DNA of 64,000 nucleotides, taken from the NCBI GenBank assembly GCA_963805065.1, contig CAWDSS010000010.1, positions 600,359 through 664,358 on the forward strand, written 5' to 3'. This DNA comes from Candidatus Omnitrophota bacterium. Its GTDB lineage: Bacteria > Omnitrophota > Gorgyraeia > Gygaellales > Profunditerraquicolaceae. This document shows positions 63,138-64,000 of the stretch, one piece after another. The notes under the pieces were generated by a model, which saw only the letters and a list, made by a program, of their open reading frames with translations, was not told the DNA's origin and searched no databases. Made by a program: the position numbers and the translations under genes. The number at the start of each line of letters is the position of its first letter. Positions within the stretch are counted from its first letter, which is position 1.

Positions 63138-64000
63138 GCCTTATAGGCGATTTTTCCGCAGCAAATTGTATATTCGACCATTCCTTTCAAGCGCCTGCCT
63201 AAAAAGGGGCAGTTTTTAGACTTAGACAATAATCCGCTTCTTTCTACAACCCATTCTTTATCGGGGCTGACCACAACAATATCGGCACTTGCGCCTATGC
63301 TTAACGAACCTTTGGAAATCCCTAAAATTTTTGCCGGGTTAAGCGCGGTTTTACGCACTAATTCCGTCCAGGTCAAAACCTTAGAATGCACCAGTTCTGT
63401 AATCGCCACTGCCAACTCTGTCTCTAAGCCGATTACTCCGAATTCTGCACGCTCAAATTCAATTTCTTTTTCATTTTCTGTATGAGGCGCATGATCCGAA
63501 GCAATAACATCAATTATGCCCTCATGTAATCCTTGCTTTATTGCCGCGGCGTCGGTCTTGCTCCTTAAGGGGGGATTCATTTTCAGGTTAGTGTCGTAAT
63601 TTAACAATGCGTCTTCATCCAAGGCAAAATAGTGGGGCGCTGTTTCGCAGGTTACTTTTATCCCCTGCTGTTTTGCTTTGGCGATTATTTCCAGCGACTC
63701 TTTACAGCTTACATGCGCAATGTGAACAGACGCTTCTGCTTTCTTGGCTAATTCGATATCCCTTGCCACTCTTTTGTATTCTGACTCTTGGGAAATTCCC
63801 CTTAAACCCAGTCGCGTAGAAATAAACCCCAGGTTAACCACGCCGTTAGCGCTTAAAGCCTTGTCTTCGCTGTGGCAGATAACCAGAATTTTTTCCTGCT
63901 TGGCAATTTTAAAAGCCTCCAGCATTATCTTATCGGAATCTACTGATGAACCGTCGTCGGTAATCGCAACAGCTCCTGCTGCTTTTAGTTTCACGATGTC
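63134..64000 (-). CDS. pyrC: Dihydroorotase (partial; N-terminus beyond window end)
   Basis: AITDDGSSV, HIAHVS, CETAPHYFAL, MNPPLRSK, VIASDHAPH motifs. The reading frame stays open to base 64000. Confidence 0.88.
   Translation of the reverse strand, partial: DIVKLKAAGAVAITDDGSSVDSDKIMLEAFKIAKQEKILVICHSEDKALSANGVVNLGFISTRLGLRGISQESEYKRVARDIELAKKAEASVHIAHVSCKESLEIIAKAKQQGIKVTCETAPHYFALDEDALLNYDTNLKMNPPLRSKTDAAAIKQGLHEGIIDVIASDHAPHTENEKEIEFERAEFGVIGLETELAVAITELVHSKVLTWTELVRKTALNPAKILGISKGSLSIGASADIVVVSPDKEWVVERSGLLSKSKNCPFLGRRLKGMVEYTICCGKIAYKA

Overview
AT-rich-looking bacterial chromosome segment, probably from an uncultured lineage. The giant ORF, the type IV pilus/T2SS-like genes and the heavy repeat load are reminiscent of Omnitrophota-type genomes, but that cannot be verified here. 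All calls come from reading the supplied translations and DNA; no database search was possible.

Layout: bases 24-4396 are on the + strand and hold a FIST sensor, a GAF histidine kinase, a REC-GGDEF-like regulator and a REP-associated tyrosine transposase (RAYT). From tRNA-Leu at 4490 to the window end (about 59 kb), every gene is on the - strand. In coordinate order these are:
- a T2SS/T4P-like inner-membrane and pseudopilin module (gspK/J/I/G-like, pilO/M/N-like, gspF, gspE)
- an unusual F-type ATP synthase cluster (epsilon-c-b/delta-alpha-gamma-beta, with no a subunit)
- a REC-GGDEF regulator, a metallopeptidase and a small membrane protein
- an 18.5-kb gene for a 6162-aa membrane-anchored giant protein (18 Kelch-like repeats, FN3, DUF2341+LamG, a glycine-rich domain, dozens of Ser/Thr/Trp-rich Ig-like repeats, a coiled-coil C-terminus), preceded by a DUF2341/LamG paralogue
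- a NarL-type two-component pair
- two tandem secretins, one fused to a Lys/Glu-rich region plus TPR, with PilP/GspC-like, ExeA/MshM-like ATPase and MerR-like genes
- an outer-membrane barrel candidate and a TMTC-like TPR membrane protein
- a scattered pyrimidine set (pyrF, pyrD, pyrK, C-terminal half of carB, pyrC) mixed with mutM, yjbQ, flavodoxin, endonuclease-Q-like and Mut7-C genes
- four tRNAs in total (Leu-GAG, Asp-GTC, Val-TAC, Arg-CCG)

The most unusual signal is the repeat content, which has four layers:
1. A REP family (GGGGACGTTTCTATTTTT arms, 11 inverted doublets plus single arms) with its RAYT gene in the window.
2. Tandem heptamer arrays (GGTTCTR/YAGAACC) arranged as palindromes. 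They fill whole intergenic spacers and also lie in-frame inside genes, including the leader peptides of two pseudopilins.
3. A second heptamer family (GTTTTRC/CTTTTAC).
4. Composite MITE-like units with AATGTCAAATGMCAAA terminal inverted repeats around a REP doublet.

The best candidate for a new system is the giant surface protein, bracketed on the same strand by the pilus-like module and the secretin module.
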